Shown in pieces: positions 1-10,402 of a DNA stretch of 64,000 nt. Under the pieces are notes generated by a model. The model was not told the DNA's origin. It saw only the letters and a program-made list of their open reading frames with translations, and did no database searches. The stretch spans positions 32,001 to 96,000 of the forward strand of contig JABCTZ010000032.1 of NCBI GenBank assembly GCA_018238155.1, written 5' to 3'. The stretch is from Candidatus Heimdallarchaeota archaeon. GTDB lineage: Archaea > Asgardarchaeota > Heimdallarchaeia > JABLTI01. The translations under genes and the position numbers were made by a program. Each line of letters starts with the position of its first letter. The stretch's first letter is position 1.

Positions 1-1
1 G

Positions 2-562
2 CCTGAAGCTGGGACGGAAAGGTTACGAAATGAAATTTGTAAAGGAGTAACTGATGAAGAGATAATTCAAGCAACAAGTACTGCCTCTGAAGGAGGTCTC
101 TCGAGAATAAAAGCTTACTTTATTCTTGGCTTACCTGGTGAAACTGAAGATGACATTGATGGAATTATTCGATTAGGAAAGGCAATGGCAAAAGAAGGGA
201 AGAACATTAGAAAAATAAGATTTTCTTGTGGTTATCTGATACCTAAACCTCGAACACAATATCAAGATGAATCTATCCTATCCTTAAGTGAACTACAAGC
301 AAAAGGAAAGTATTTGACAAAACAATTTTCAAAAATACCAAAAGTTGATTGCGAAATCTATAGTCCAAAGTGGTCTAGAATTCAAACAATACTATCTGTC
401 AGTGGAGAAGAGATTTCACAACCTCTGAAACTTGCTGCAAAACTTGGAGGTGGGTTAGGAGATTGGCGTAGAGCTCTAAAAGAATTCGGATTAGACATAA
501 ACAAATTAGTAGAAGAAAGAGAAAAAACAGAAACCCACCCCTGGGATTTTATTAAAATTTGA
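2..562 (+). CDS. Radical SAM protein, C-terminal part (5'-truncated by window edge)
   Basis: Frame is open from position 2: PEAGTERLR...KAYFILGLPGETEDD, typical of the B12-binding/YgiQ-like radical SAM C-terminal half. Confidence 0.8.
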   Translation, partial: PEAGTERLRNEICKGVTDEEIIQATSTASEGGLSRIKAYFILGLPGETEDDIDGIIRLGKAMAKEGKNIRKIRFSCGYLIPKPRTQYQDESILSLSELQAKGKYLTKQFSKIPKVDCEIYSPKWSRIQTILSVSGEEISQPLKLAAKLGGGLGDWRRALKEFGLDINKLVEEREKTETHPWDFIKI

Positions 563-594
563 CAAAATACTACTACTCTGATCCACTCAATATT

Positions 595-990
595 TCAAGA
601 GTAAAAACCAGGTTGCTTCTTCTCACCAAAGCTCCTCAAACCTTTCAAGTCTAATTGTTTAAGAAGTTTTTCAGAATCTTCTTCGGACAAATCTCCTTTC
701 TTCTTTAGAAAATCGATTATCTCCTTCGCGTCTTCATTAGTTTCACAACGTCTAATAAAATCAATTACTGTGGGTTTATATCCAACAAATCGAAACGGAT
801 CTGATAAAGGTTTTTTTTCCTCGATTTCCTCCTCTATTGTTTGTTCAATTTGTTGTGCTTCATCCTCATCTACATATTGAAGAGGAAGCATTTTATTTTT
901 CTTTACTAGTTCTTTTTTGAGATGGGGAAACTCGTCTATGTCTTTATTCAAACCATTCACCATTACTTTATTATTGTCCTTCAGCGGCAT
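595..990 (-). CDS. DUF2095-like conserved archaeal protein
   Basis: GYKPTVIDFIRRCET...GLRSFGEKKQPGFY motif; start may be downstream of 990. Confidence 0.7.
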   Translation of the reverse strand: MPLKDNNKVMVNGLNKDIDEFPHLKKELVKKNKMLPLQYVDEDEAQQIEQTIEEEIEEKKPLSDPFRFVGYKPTVIDFIRRCETNEDAKEIIDFLKKKGDLSEEDSEKLLKQLDLKGLRSFGEKKQPGFYS

Positions 991-2176
991 TTATTTTGAT
1001 AATATCGCCATCCTGTAATTCATATTTTTCACCCACTCTTCTTTGAGTTTTTACAATAATCGCATTGATAAATGAATTAGCTAAATCTTGGTGGATCATT
1101 CCAGCAAATTCTTTTGCTGTTGTTCCTCGAGGAACAAGGTACACATCTGGTAAAACGTTTCCATTGTGATCAGTGTATTTTTGTTGGTCTTCTACAGGAT
1201 AGACTGATATAACATCCATTATTTCAAAAACAGCTCTATTGATGAGATCTTGAACACCAGTAGAACCATATTTTTGAAGAATATTCGCTCTGAGTTTTTC
1301 AAGAGAAGCATTATCCTTATCAGATAATTTTTCTGGTTTGAGAATTGTGAAATCTTTGTCACCAGGAGTATAGGAAATAATTTCTTTTTCAGCATATTTT
1401 CTTAAGAAATATTCAGCTAGTGCTGAACTTGGTATTATATCTTTACCATATTTTTCTTTAAGACGAGTATAATTCTCATCAGCTCCTTCTATATCAATTT
1501 TATTCGCAGCAAATATCATTGGTTTTGCTTCTTCCCTAAGAATAGTTAGGAAATGTAGTAATTCTTCATCAGACCATTTAGTTGGAATTGCGATATTTAC
1601 TTTTGATTTTGTTAGTGCTTTTCTAATATGAGTTCTTTTTATTTGTAAGCCAGTAAGCTTTTCTGCAAGAAGTTTGTCTATAGGAATTTTTTCAGTTTCA
1701 GAGGTTCGACTAAGTCTCGTCCAATCTTTCTTGAGAACCTGTTCGAGCCACTTGACTATTTCAAAACTAAGAAAATCAATATCTTTTTCTGGATCATAAC
1801 TTCCACGTTCAATGTTATTGCCATCCTCATCTAACGACCCGGAGAAATCAATAACGTGAATTAAAATATCTGCTCTTCGTAAATCATCCAATAATTTGTT
1901 CCCTAAACCTCGTCCTTTCCAAGCATCGGGAACTAATCCCGCAACATCAAGTAACTGAACTGGAACTAATCGTACTCCATCTATACAAATAGAATTTTGT
2001 GGATTATCTTCTACATTCAATTCCTTGCAAACACAAGGTATCCTAACATATCCTGTACCGGGAATTGCTTCGATAGTAGTGAATGGATAATCTCCAATTT
2101 TTGATGAGGTTAAACAAGCTGCGTTTAGAAAAGTGCTTTTGCCACTAGAAGGTTTCCCAACGATTCCAATTAACAT
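971..2176 (-). CDS. ychF: Obg-family YchF/Ygr210-type translation-associated NTPase with TGS domain
   Basis: GKPSSGKST, YPFTTI, DVAGLV, NKID and C-terminal TGS (IHQDLA...DGDII). Confidence 0.9.
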   Translation of the reverse strand: MLIGIVGKPSSGKSTFLNAACLTSSKIGDYPFTTIEAIPGTGYVRIPCVCKELNVEDNPQNSICIDGVRLVPVQLLDVAGLVPDAWKGRGLGNKLLDDLRRADILIHVIDFSGSLDEDGNNIERGSYDPEKDIDFLSFEIVKWLEQVLKKDWTRLSRTSETEKIPIDKLLAEKLTGLQIKRTHIRKALTKSKVNIAIPTKWSDEELLHFLTILREEAKPMIFAANKIDIEGADENYTRLKEKYGKDIIPSSALAEYFLRKYAEKEIISYTPGDKDFTILKPEKLSDKDNASLEKLRANILQKYGSTGVQDLINRAVFEIMDVISVYPVEDQQKYTDHNGNVLPDVYLVPRGTTAKEFAGMIHQDLANSFINAIIVKTQRRVGEKYELQDGDIIKINAAEGQ

Positions 2177-2262
2177 TTTAATGGTCTCCAGTTACTGACA
2201 TCTTAATTATTCGGGTTAAAGTTTCCTTTAATCGTTTTTATCATTTCTTAACAAAGTGTGGT

Positions 2263-2868
2263 TTATTCTGCATATAAATCATTAAGGTACTCATTTTGAA
2301 TTTGTACTACTTCTAAACTACTGTTAGCAGCAGCATATGCATCTAACAACTCTTTATTCAAACTTAAGAATGAATGACCCCATTTAAAACCGTCTAATAT
2401 TTTGAAAGCATCATTTTTGAAACCAACGATATAAATAGCTGCAGCAATCGCTTCAACAGTACTTAATTTACAAGGCTTACCATAATTCACAGGGTTTGCT
2501 GCAATAAGGTAGGGTAGTATTCTATTGACGAATTTCCAACGACCTTTCTGTTTCATTTTTCCATCCCTAGTTTCATCCAGTCCAAAAGTTTCCTCTGCAT
2601 GAACCCAAGAACAATCTAAACCAACGAGACCTTTGGCTTGCATAACAGGTAAATCTTCAATAGATAATGCTTTTGGGGCAAAAGGATTCAATAGTACACT
2701 GTTCATGGGAATTTTCCCTACACGATAGACTAAGGTAGCTTTTCCAAATTTATGCATGCGAACTGCTGTACATTTCTTAGGATCATCTTGTTTAGTCTTG
2801 TAAATATATACTGTAATATCACTTTCTAAGAGAAATCCTTTTTTGGATTGTGTTGCCATTACATTCAC
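2263..2868 (-). CDS. tsr3: SSU rRNA aminocarboxypropyltransferase Tsr3
   Basis: DDPKKCTA, LDCSW, LPYLIAANPVNYGKPCKLSTVEA, FKWGHSFLSLN. Confidence 0.93.
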   Translation of the reverse strand: MNVMATQSKKGFLLESDITVYIYKTKQDDPKKCTAVRMHKFGKATLVYRVGKIPMNSVLLNPFAPKALSIEDLPVMQAKGLVGLDCSWVHAEETFGLDETRDGKMKQKGRWKFVNRILPYLIAANPVNYGKPCKLSTVEAIAAAIYIVGFKNDAFKILDGFKWGHSFLSLNKELLDAYAAANSSLEVVQIQNEYLNDLYAE

Positions 2869-2990
2869 ACAACATTTAATTCACTAAGGTACTCTTCGAT
2901 ATAAAGATTTATTACTCAGTTGCTAATCTATTTTACTGTGAAACTACTGGATTAGATAAATATATAATGAAAAGCTAGAAGTTAAAATCT

Positions 2991-3269
2991 GTGAATATTA
3001 TAAAAAAATCTAAAACTAGGATGATATTAAACATGGTCAAAGCATATGTATTAATTAATGTTAAAGGTGGAACGGAGTACGAACTTTTTGAAGAATTGAT
3101 GAAAGTGACCGGTTTAGAAGAAATCTCATTAGTTTGGGGATTATTTGATTTAATTCTTAAAATTGAAGCTGATTCTGCAAAAGCACTTGATAGTCTAGTT
3201 ACAGAAGAAATTAGAAAATACAACAACATTTCAAGTACAATGACAATGCTAATTCGTGACGAGGATTAA
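2991..3269 (+). CDS. Stand-alone Lrp/AsnC ligand-binding (RAM) domain protein
   Basis: AYVLINV...VWGLFDLILKIEA...STMTML; true start probably ATG 3033. Confidence 0.8.
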   Translation: MNIIKKSKTRMILNMVKAYVLINVKGGTEYELFEELMKVTGLEEISLVWGLFDLILKIEADSAKALDSLVTEEIRKYNNISSTMTMLIRDED

Positions 3270-3335
3270 TTTTAAGTCTCGTAATTTATAAAGAAATATT
3301 TTTCAATTACATCAAAAAAATTTGTCAAAGGTGAA

Positions 3336-4091
3336 TTAGTATTCACCTGACGCTCGATTTCCACAAACACTACAAAATTCTGTATCAGGATCCAAGAAAG
3401 ATCCACAGTATTCACAAGGAGTTGGAGGTGTGTTTGCTCTTTGGTTTGTAGGTGTGTGATTTCTATCGATATATTCTTCCCTACTTGGACTTTCATTTGG
3501 CATGTAAATAGGACTGTCAAAATCTACGGGTTCATATGTAACTGTTGGAGTTGGTTCAGACTGTGGTCTACCTGGTCTTCTCCTCTGTGATGCGGGAGGA
3601 GGAGTATAATCAAGGCTATCTTCTTTTTTAAAGGGACTAATCAGACCTGCAAGTAATCCAATTACTGTTACTGTTGTTTGAATGACAAGAAAACCATATA
3701 ATGGATTGGGTTGTGTCAAAGTATCAACAGATAATAATGTCTTTTGTATCACTAGGTAATAGATCATTTCCGCGATAAAGAAAAATGAAACTGTAGTGGC
3801 TAATCCTAATCTCGCAGCGTGTTTTTTTCGGAAGAAGAAACTTGCTACGAAAGCAGCAATTACCCAAGGTAAAAATGCAAATAAAATTCTCAAAACCTGA
3901 GGAGCGACAAAAAATATTGTAATTGGTTCTAAAATTGTAGTCTCACATACTTGAAAAATGAGTTCTAAATTCCCTCCGAATAAATCGGAGAAAAAGTTTG
4001 ATACACCCATTGCCTGAAGTAATATATGAATGAAGAGATAGCTTGGTAATGCTATCCCTAGTGATGTTAAAAGACCTTTGAAGTAACCCAA
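3336..4091 (-). CDS. Multi-pass membrane protein with Pro-rich linker and C-terminal zinc ribbon
   Basis: 4-5 hydrophobic segments, then CEYCG...FCSVCG; TTG start with GGAG SD. Confidence 0.75.
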   Translation of the reverse strand: MGYFKGLLTSLGIALPSYLFIHILLQAMGVSNFFSDLFGGNLELIFQVCETTILEPITIFFVAPQVLRILFAFLPWVIAAFVASFFFRKKHAARLGLATTVSFFFIAEMIYYLVIQKTLLSVDTLTQPNPLYGFLVIQTTVTVIGLLAGLISPFKKEDSLDYTPPPASQRRRPGRPQSEPTPTVTYEPVDFDSPIYMPNESPSREEYIDRNHTPTNQRANTPPTPCEYCGSFLDPDTEFCSVCGNRASGEY

Positions 4092-4283
4092 GTTTTTTTG
4101 CTCCTACTCTTAATTCTAAATTATAGTATTTTATATACAATACTATATATGAGAAAAACTAATTAAAACCTTTGTAAATAGGCAGTTATGAAAAATGAAG
4201 AAAAGTAAAATAAAACCTTATCATCTAAAGATTAAATTAGAACAGAAGAATTACCTTTAAGTAATTTCTACAAGGTAAAATCA

Positions 4284-5213
4284 ATGGCGTATACAAAACA
4301 AGAAATTTTACAGTTATCAGAGCAAGAACTGAATTCCCTGATGAAAGAGGCTAGAGAGAGTAGCTGGCAAACTTTTGGTAAAGTTCTGAAGGTTCATTAT
4401 CTTGGAGAAAAATTCCCATCAATAAGTGTTACTGGAACTTATTGTGCTCAGAATTGCCTTCATTGTAATAAACACTATCTAAAAGCTATGAAAGCTATAA
4501 CTCACTCTGGAAAATTAGTGGGGTTTGCGAAAAAGCTAGCGAGCAAAGGTGGTACTGGGATGTTAATTAGTGGTGGATACGATGAAAAAAGTCAAGTACC
4601 TCTGGATGATTTTCTAAAGTCAATTACTACAATAAAAAAAGAGACAAATTTACAAATAAATATTCATACTGGATTAGTTGAAAAAGAACAAGCAAAAGTG
4701 CTATTTGAAATTGGTGTAGATGTTGTTTCATTTGATTTAATTACCGATACAGAAGTAATAAATGAGGTATTAAAGAATGGGAAAAAAGGGCAAGATTATA
4801 TTAGATCCTATAAATTTCTAGTAGATGCCGGATTAAAAGTTGTACCACACATATGTCTAGGATTATATTATGGTTCAGAGAAAGGCAATTTCGAAGCATT
4901 AGAAGTTGCATTAGAATTTAATCCAGAAATAATTGTTTTCCTTGGATTGATTCCTACAAAAGGAACTGGAATGGCAAAAGCCTCTGTTGTTCAACCTGAA
5001 ATAATGGCTAAAGCAATGACTTATGTGCGAATGAATAATCCTGCTATTGAGCAATCACTAGGATGTATGCGAGTTCGTATCCCACAATACGAGGAAATTG
5101 CTGTTCAATCTGGAATAAACAGAATTGCAATACCTAAAGCTAGAACGCTGGAATATGCAAAAAATAAATTTGGTTTAAAGGTAAAAAGAATTGATTCCTG
5201 TTGTGCTCTTTAG
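4284..5213 (+). CDS. Radical SAM protein (biotin-synthase-related archaeal family)
   Basis: CAQNCLHC motif, LISGG, HTG, PHICLG, C-terminal CC. Confidence 0.85.
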   Translation: MAYTKQEILQLSEQELNSLMKEARESSWQTFGKVLKVHYLGEKFPSISVTGTYCAQNCLHCNKHYLKAMKAITHSGKLVGFAKKLASKGGTGMLISGGYDEKSQVPLDDFLKSITTIKKETNLQINIHTGLVEKEQAKVLFEIGVDVVSFDLITDTEVINEVLKNGKKGQDYIRSYKFLVDAGLKVVPHICLGLYYGSEKGNFEALEVALEFNPEIIVFLGLIPTKGTGMAKASVVQPEIMAKAMTYVRMNNPAIEQSLGCMRVRIPQYEEIAVQSGINRIAIPKARTLEYAKNKFGLKVKRIDSCCAL

Positions 5214-5238
5214 CAACAGGTTTAATTTGAAGATTAAT

Positions 5239-6084
5239 TTAGTCCAAGCTTTCAATGGATTTTACAACTTGTTTGAGCTTATAATCTCTTTCGCTTACCA
5301 TGCGTTCTAAAGCCTCAATACGTGCATTCAACTGTTTCCTTGACAGAATTTGTTCCCCATTTTTTTCTTTTAAATGAACAAGTTGATCTTTTGCTTTCGA
5401 AAGAACTTCACGTAATTTTTCTATTTGTTCTTGACGATTATATAATTCAGTAGTCATTTCGCTAATTTGTTGTTGAAAATTCTTACTAATACCCGTTTGA
5501 ACATTCATAGCTTCAATTTCTCTCGATTTACATTGGTCACGTAGATCTTCAACTAATTTCTCTAAAACAGCGGTGCGCCTGTCACGATTTGACAGTTCAC
5601 TTTGTAGGTTTGATTGAGATATTTTGGAATCATCAAAATTCGTTCGGACAGATTCAGCCATCATTTTATAATTTTCAAATTCTTTATCTTTTCTCTCCAG
5701 TTCTTCTTTGAAGCTTTCAGCAACATCCATTTTTATTTTTTCAATCTCTGCATCTTTCTCTAATAGTATTCTTTGCATTTTTGTTTCAAAATCTTGTTTC
5801 AAAACATCAATAATTTCATTTTGATCATTAGAATCTGTTTCCCTCATCTCATGATTAGTAATGAACTTCCGCCATTCTGCAGCTGCAGATAACATATAAT
5901 CCCTTGAAAGTGGATGAACCAAGTTCCAATTCTCTCGAATGATTTGACCAAGAACGCGATGTTCATCATTTACACGTGTTTCATCATAGAGTGGTCTTTC
6001 TTCAATGTTATTTATTGGATTATAATCTGGGTATTCAGTCCAGAGAGTGGTATTTTTCTTTTTAGGAGATTGCCGTCTAAACAA
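5239..6084 (-). CDS. Coiled-coil protein of unknown function
   Basis: Heptad-rich E/K/Q/L sequence over about 200 aa; TTG start with SD. Confidence 0.7.
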   Translation of the reverse strand: MFRRQSPKKKNTTLWTEYPDYNPINNIEERPLYDETRVNDEHRVLGQIIRENWNLVHPLSRDYMLSAAAEWRKFITNHEMRETDSNDQNEIIDVLKQDFETKMQRILLEKDAEIEKIKMDVAESFKEELERKDKEFENYKMMAESVRTNFDDSKISQSNLQSELSNRDRRTAVLEKLVEDLRDQCKSREIEAMNVQTGISKNFQQQISEMTTELYNRQEQIEKLREVLSKAKDQLVHLKEKNGEQILSRKQLNARIEALERMVSERDYKLKQVVKSIESLD

Positions 6085-6319
6085 TTTTTACTACTCCGAT
6101 GTACAAACAAATTATTCTCTAAGATAATATATAAGAATAACCGTTTAATAAATCTTACAAAAGAGGACATATAATTTTAATGTTTTCCTTCTACAGAAGT
6201 TTATATTTGATGGCATTTGACATATTGCAAACACTTAATTGAGATAAATCCAATCTTTATTAACTCAATAGAATAATATTTTTGTAAATTCAAAAAAATA
6301 TCTGGAGCCCTGAAGAAAA

Positions 6320-7561
6320 TTGTCAGAAATAAAACGTGAATTTGTGTTCAAAATTGTTCTAATGGGTGAAGGTTCTGTAGGAAAGACAAGCATTCGATCC
6401 CAGTTTATGGGTGTTGGATTTAAGAGTGAATATATTAAGACCATCGGTGCTGATTTTGCATCAAAAGCAATAATTCTAGGTGAAAATAAAGTTCACTTCC
6501 AAATATGGGATCTTGCAGGTCAAGCAATGTACAAACATGTTCGCTCATCATTCTATAGTGGATGCAAATGTGGATTCCTTGTCTGTGACCTCACTTCACC
6601 TGAAACACTTGAAAAACTTGACCAATGGGTAGAAGAGGCAGTTGAGCATTCTGGGGGCTTTTTGAAGATTTTCATTATCCTTGGGAATAAACATGACCTT
6701 ACTGATAAAATTAAAGTGAAACAGGAAGATATTGACAAACTCCTCGGAAAGATTAAAAAATTGAAAGGTATCGAAGCTAAATATCTGCATACATCCGCTT
6801 TGACAGGGGAAAATATTGACGAAGCTTTTCATTTGATGGGAAAAATGTTTCTGGAAAAAGAAGGTTTCCCTCGTGATGGGGCTAGGGTTAAAGACGAAGG
6901 ATTAGAAGATGCGTCTCAACCATTTTTAGTAAAACCTATGCCTATGCCCCCAAAAATTGATACAGATGTCCCTCAAAAAGAACATATGAATCAGCTCATC
7001 TCAACATTGACTATGCTGAATGAGAAAATTAGTAGCTTGTCTGAAATCATGTCAGCGTTAGAAGAACGGATGTTAGTTGTTGAAACAAAGAAATTTCAGA
7101 TAGATAGTACAAATCAGGAAATCAATTCTTTGAAAGAGAAAATTGAATCTATTGACAAAGAAATGTTAACAGTAGTAGATTCATCAGAAGCTTATGCTGA
7201 ACCCGTAGATGGTGTTTCACCTGAGTTGGATTTGCTGATTCCTGTTCCTCCTATGAATGATTTCGTCCCAGAAAAAGAATCACCTGATAAAGCAAACTAT
7301 GAAATTATTGATAGATCAAAGCTTGATTCAATGCACATAATTGAAGAACACAATCACGAAGAAAGTATAACTGAAATTTTGAGTGAAACTGAGGATAAAC
7401 CGGAATCTATAGAAGATGAAGGGCAAAAACTTGAAGAAGCTAAATCGGAAGCAAAGACGACTAAGACGCGAAAAGGACATTGCCCGAAATGTGGAAGTAA
7501 ATTATCATTTATCAAACAATACAACCGTTGGTACTGCTATCGATGTAAAATATATGTTTGA
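6320..7561 (+). CDS. Rab-like small GTPase with coiled-coil/acidic extension and C-terminal zinc ribbon
   Basis: GEGSVGKT, TIGADF, WDLAGQ, GNKHD, TSAL; C-terminal CPKCG...WYCYRC. Confidence 0.9.
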   Translation: MSEIKREFVFKIVLMGEGSVGKTSIRSQFMGVGFKSEYIKTIGADFASKAIILGENKVHFQIWDLAGQAMYKHVRSSFYSGCKCGFLVCDLTSPETLEKLDQWVEEAVEHSGGFLKIFIILGNKHDLTDKIKVKQEDIDKLLGKIKKLKGIEAKYLHTSALTGENIDEAFHLMGKMFLEKEGFPRDGARVKDEGLEDASQPFLVKPMPMPPKIDTDVPQKEHMNQLISTLTMLNEKISSLSEIMSALEERMLVVETKKFQIDSTNQEINSLKEKIESIDKEMLTVVDSSEAYAEPVDGVSPELDLLIPVPPMNDFVPEKESPDKANYEIIDRSKLDSMHIIEEHNHEESITEILSETEDKPESIEDEGQKLEEAKSEAKTTKTRKGHCPKCGSKLSFIKQYNRWYCYRCKIYV

Positions 7562-7632
7562 TATCCATCCTTCTTTTTTTTTATTATAGAAAGCCTGTTT
7601 TTTTTTTAATTAATATCTGAGAAAAGGTTTAA

Positions 7633-8871
7633 TTGAATTTTCATAATTATTGTATGATTGTCATGAGAAAGATCAAAGTATCTATTGTAAAAGTAGAAAA
7701 TGAAGATGTGTGTAGTGCTGTCAAAAGATCCATCGAATTACTTGGGGGATTAGAACAATTTATTGACCATACAGATGATGTTTTACTCAAACCAAACCTA
7801 CTCTCAGCACATGAAAATGAAGAGATAAGAGCAAAGATAAGAACTGACCCCCGTGTTTTGGAAGCTTTGGCTGACATGTTGTTAAAATTGAACAAGAAAG
7901 TGCTAATTGGTGATACAAGTGGTGCCGGACAAACAGGCGGGACAAGAGCTGCAATTAAAAGAAGTGGATACCTGGAAATAGGGGAAAAAAGTGATAAAAT
8001 AGAGGTTCGAAGTTTAGAACAACATGGACCAATTAAGGTTGCTATAAATGGTAAGAAACTAAAAGAGGCAAATATTTCCAAGGAATTTTTAGAATCGGGA
8101 GCGGTAATCAATATTCCAAAAATGAAAACTCATGGTCTAACACTCTTTACAGGAGCCATTAAAAATTTATTTGGAACAATTTGTGGGGCAGATAAAACCA
8201 GGATACACTCTCTTGGAGCTACTTCTACCGGTTTTGCTCAATGTCTCGTTGATATTTATGCCTATGAGAAAAAGCAGATACGCCTAAATGTTATGGATGC
8301 AATAATAGCCTTGGAAGGAATGGGTCCTGGTGCGGGAGGACGTCCTGTTAAGATGAATCTTATTCTAGCAAGTGCAGATGCTGTAGCTTTAGATTCTGTG
8401 GCATTTAGATTAATGGGTTCAGAACCTAAGAAAGTGCCAACAATAAAATTTGCTGCAGAACAAGGTTTAGGTGTTATGGATATTGATAATATTGAAATTG
8501 TTGGTGAGAGAATTGAAGATCACAAAAGAAAATTCAAACTTCCAAGAAGTGCATTTATAGGAAGAATTCCTATTGGTAAGTTAATGAATGCAGCTATATT
8601 TGAAGTACCAAAATACATTGATGATTGTACAGGTTGCCGAAATTGTGAAAGAGCATGCCCAGAAAAAGTAATTACTATTACAAAAAACAAGAATGGTCTA
8701 TTTATTCCTAAAATTGACTATAATGGTTGTATCTCATGCTTCACATGTATTGAAATTTGCCCAGAAGCTTGCTATCAAACTAAAAATAAGAATGCAATGA
8801 AAACCACTCTCACAATTCTTGGTTTTGCAATAGTTTGTGCAATAATAACCTGCCTTGTCCTTTTACTCTAA
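7633..8871 (+). CDS. DUF362 domain protein with 2x[4Fe-4S] ferredoxin domain and C-terminal TM anchor
   Basis: VLLKPN, PKMKTH, GAIKNLFG, EGMGP; CTGCRNCERACP and CISCFTCIEICP; hydrophobic tail; start likely ATG 7654 or 7663. Confidence 0.85.
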   Translation: MNFHNYCMIVMRKIKVSIVKVENEDVCSAVKRSIELLGGLEQFIDHTDDVLLKPNLLSAHENEEIRAKIRTDPRVLEALADMLLKLNKKVLIGDTSGAGQTGGTRAAIKRSGYLEIGEKSDKIEVRSLEQHGPIKVAINGKKLKEANISKEFLESGAVINIPKMKTHGLTLFTGAIKNLFGTICGADKTRIHSLGATSTGFAQCLVDIYAYEKKQIRLNVMDAIIALEGMGPGAGGRPVKMNLILASADAVALDSVAFRLMGSEPKKVPTIKFAAEQGLGVMDIDNIEIVGERIEDHKRKFKLPRSAFIGRIPIGKLMNAAIFEVPKYIDDCTGCRNCERACPEKVITITKNKNGLFIPKIDYNGCISCFTCIEICPEACYQTKNKNAMKTTLTILGFAIVCAIITCLVLLL

Positions 8872-9320
8872 TTTGGGAGAGTGTACGATGACTTGTATTA
8901 TGCTTCAATCATAAAAGTTCAAAGGATACATCATTAATTTTTGATCTAAAAGAAATAAAGTATCAGTAAGATTGGTGTCAAAAAACATTATCTTACAAAA
9001 ATTTCTATAAGAATGTAGAACAGATGATTACAGAAGGAGCTAAACTAATCATTCCAATATATCTGATAATACTTGATTTAAAAGAAGCAATGTTTTTTAA
9101 AAAAGGAACGGTTGATCATGCAACCTTTGATTCAAAGATTTGGTTAATGATTCATGCAATTGGTTTCAAATGATTGAAAGGGAAAATAATCTATAAGTCA
9201 ATATAAGCATCAGTTTGATTGATAGAATAAACTTCAATCATTTTCCTCTAAAATGGGGAGAATATATATGATTTATCTAATCAAATTTGATAAAACAACA
9301 AAGGTTTTTTAAAAATTGAA

Positions 9321-10202
9321 ATGAATAATCTCTCGATTGAAATGACTAAAATTACCGTAGAGATTTCTCCATTAGCATATGCTAAGATAATTGATTGGAC
9401 TGCAACAAATACTGAAAGAGAAATAGGTGGATATCTTATCGGCAAAATTATGAAAGAGAAACTTTTGATCACAGAAGCAGTTTTTGCAGTGGCAGAGTCA
9501 AATCCTACTTTTGTTTCATTCGACAACATGTTACAATTCAAAATAATTGAACGATTAGAAGAAAAAGGAAAAGGGGAAGTGATTTTGGGTTGGTTCCATA
9601 CACATCCAAATTTAAATGTGTTTATGTCTGGTACAGATGTCGCTACTCAACAGATCTACCAAGCGCTCTTACCCGAAGCTGTTGCAATGGTGAATGATGG
9701 GAACACTTTTGCTAGAACCCGTAATCAAAAGGATTACAAAGCTAAGTTCTTCCGTGTAAATACTGACAACAAATCATTTGAAGTGCCATTTAAAATAATG
9801 ACCGATCCAAATGAAATTATTGATTTGTTAACGAGTCATGTTCAAGATCATGAAAATCCTGAGAAAATAGCTGAAAATACCGCTATGCGAATGGCTTTAT
9901 CTGTGAATCAATCTTTAGAAACTCTTACAAATAAAACATTACTATCCAAAAAAGAATTTGTTGAAGCGGACAAAGTAAACAAGAAAAGCTTTACAAAAAC
10001 GCTTTCTGATCTTGAATCACTAAGTACTACTCTCAATGAGATGAACAAGATTGTAATTAACAAAGATGATTTCAATAAATTCCGTATGCGTTGGAAAGTT
10101 GAATTTAGCCAGCAAAGAATAATATTATTTGTTTCACTTGGTATTTCTCTTCTGAGTCTTTTGCTAGTCATTGTTGTTCTTATTCTTACTTCAATTAGAT
10201 AA
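9321..10202 (+). CDS. JAMM/MPN+ metallo-isopeptidase (Rpn11/CSN5-like) with C-terminal coiled coil and TM tail
   Basis: EIGGYLIG...GWFHTHPNLNVFMSGTD (E..HxHx7SxxD); last ~25 aa hydrophobic. Confidence 0.88.
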   Translation: MNNLSIEMTKITVEISPLAYAKIIDWTATNTEREIGGYLIGKIMKEKLLITEAVFAVAESNPTFVSFDNMLQFKIIERLEEKGKGEVILGWFHTHPNLNVFMSGTDVATQQIYQALLPEAVAMVNDGNTFARTRNQKDYKAKFFRVNTDNKSFEVPFKIMTDPNEIIDLLTSHVQDHENPEKIAENTAMRMALSVNQSLETLTNKTLLSKKEFVEADKVNKKSFTKTLSDLESLSTTLNEMNKIVINKDDFNKFRMRWKVEFSQQRIILFVSLGISLLSLLLVIVVLILTSIR

Positions 10203-10402
10203 TTTGTCTGAATTTCTTTATTTGTAGTTAAAAAAATAACGCAAATTTAGACATTTTATTCAAAAATTTCTATAGTATTTTATGGCTGTTCAAAACCTTC
10301 CCCAAATATGTTGTAAGCGTTCCTAATAATATTGCTTAAAGGGAAAGCTATTTGAAGGATAGTGAATGAAATGAATTTATTAGCTAAATGAGGGAATGAA
10401 CT

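Noticed and set aside
8881-9173. Possible degraded gene or 49-aa ORF between the DUF362 and JAMM genes
   Set aside because: Short frames with no recognisable motif; cannot be supported
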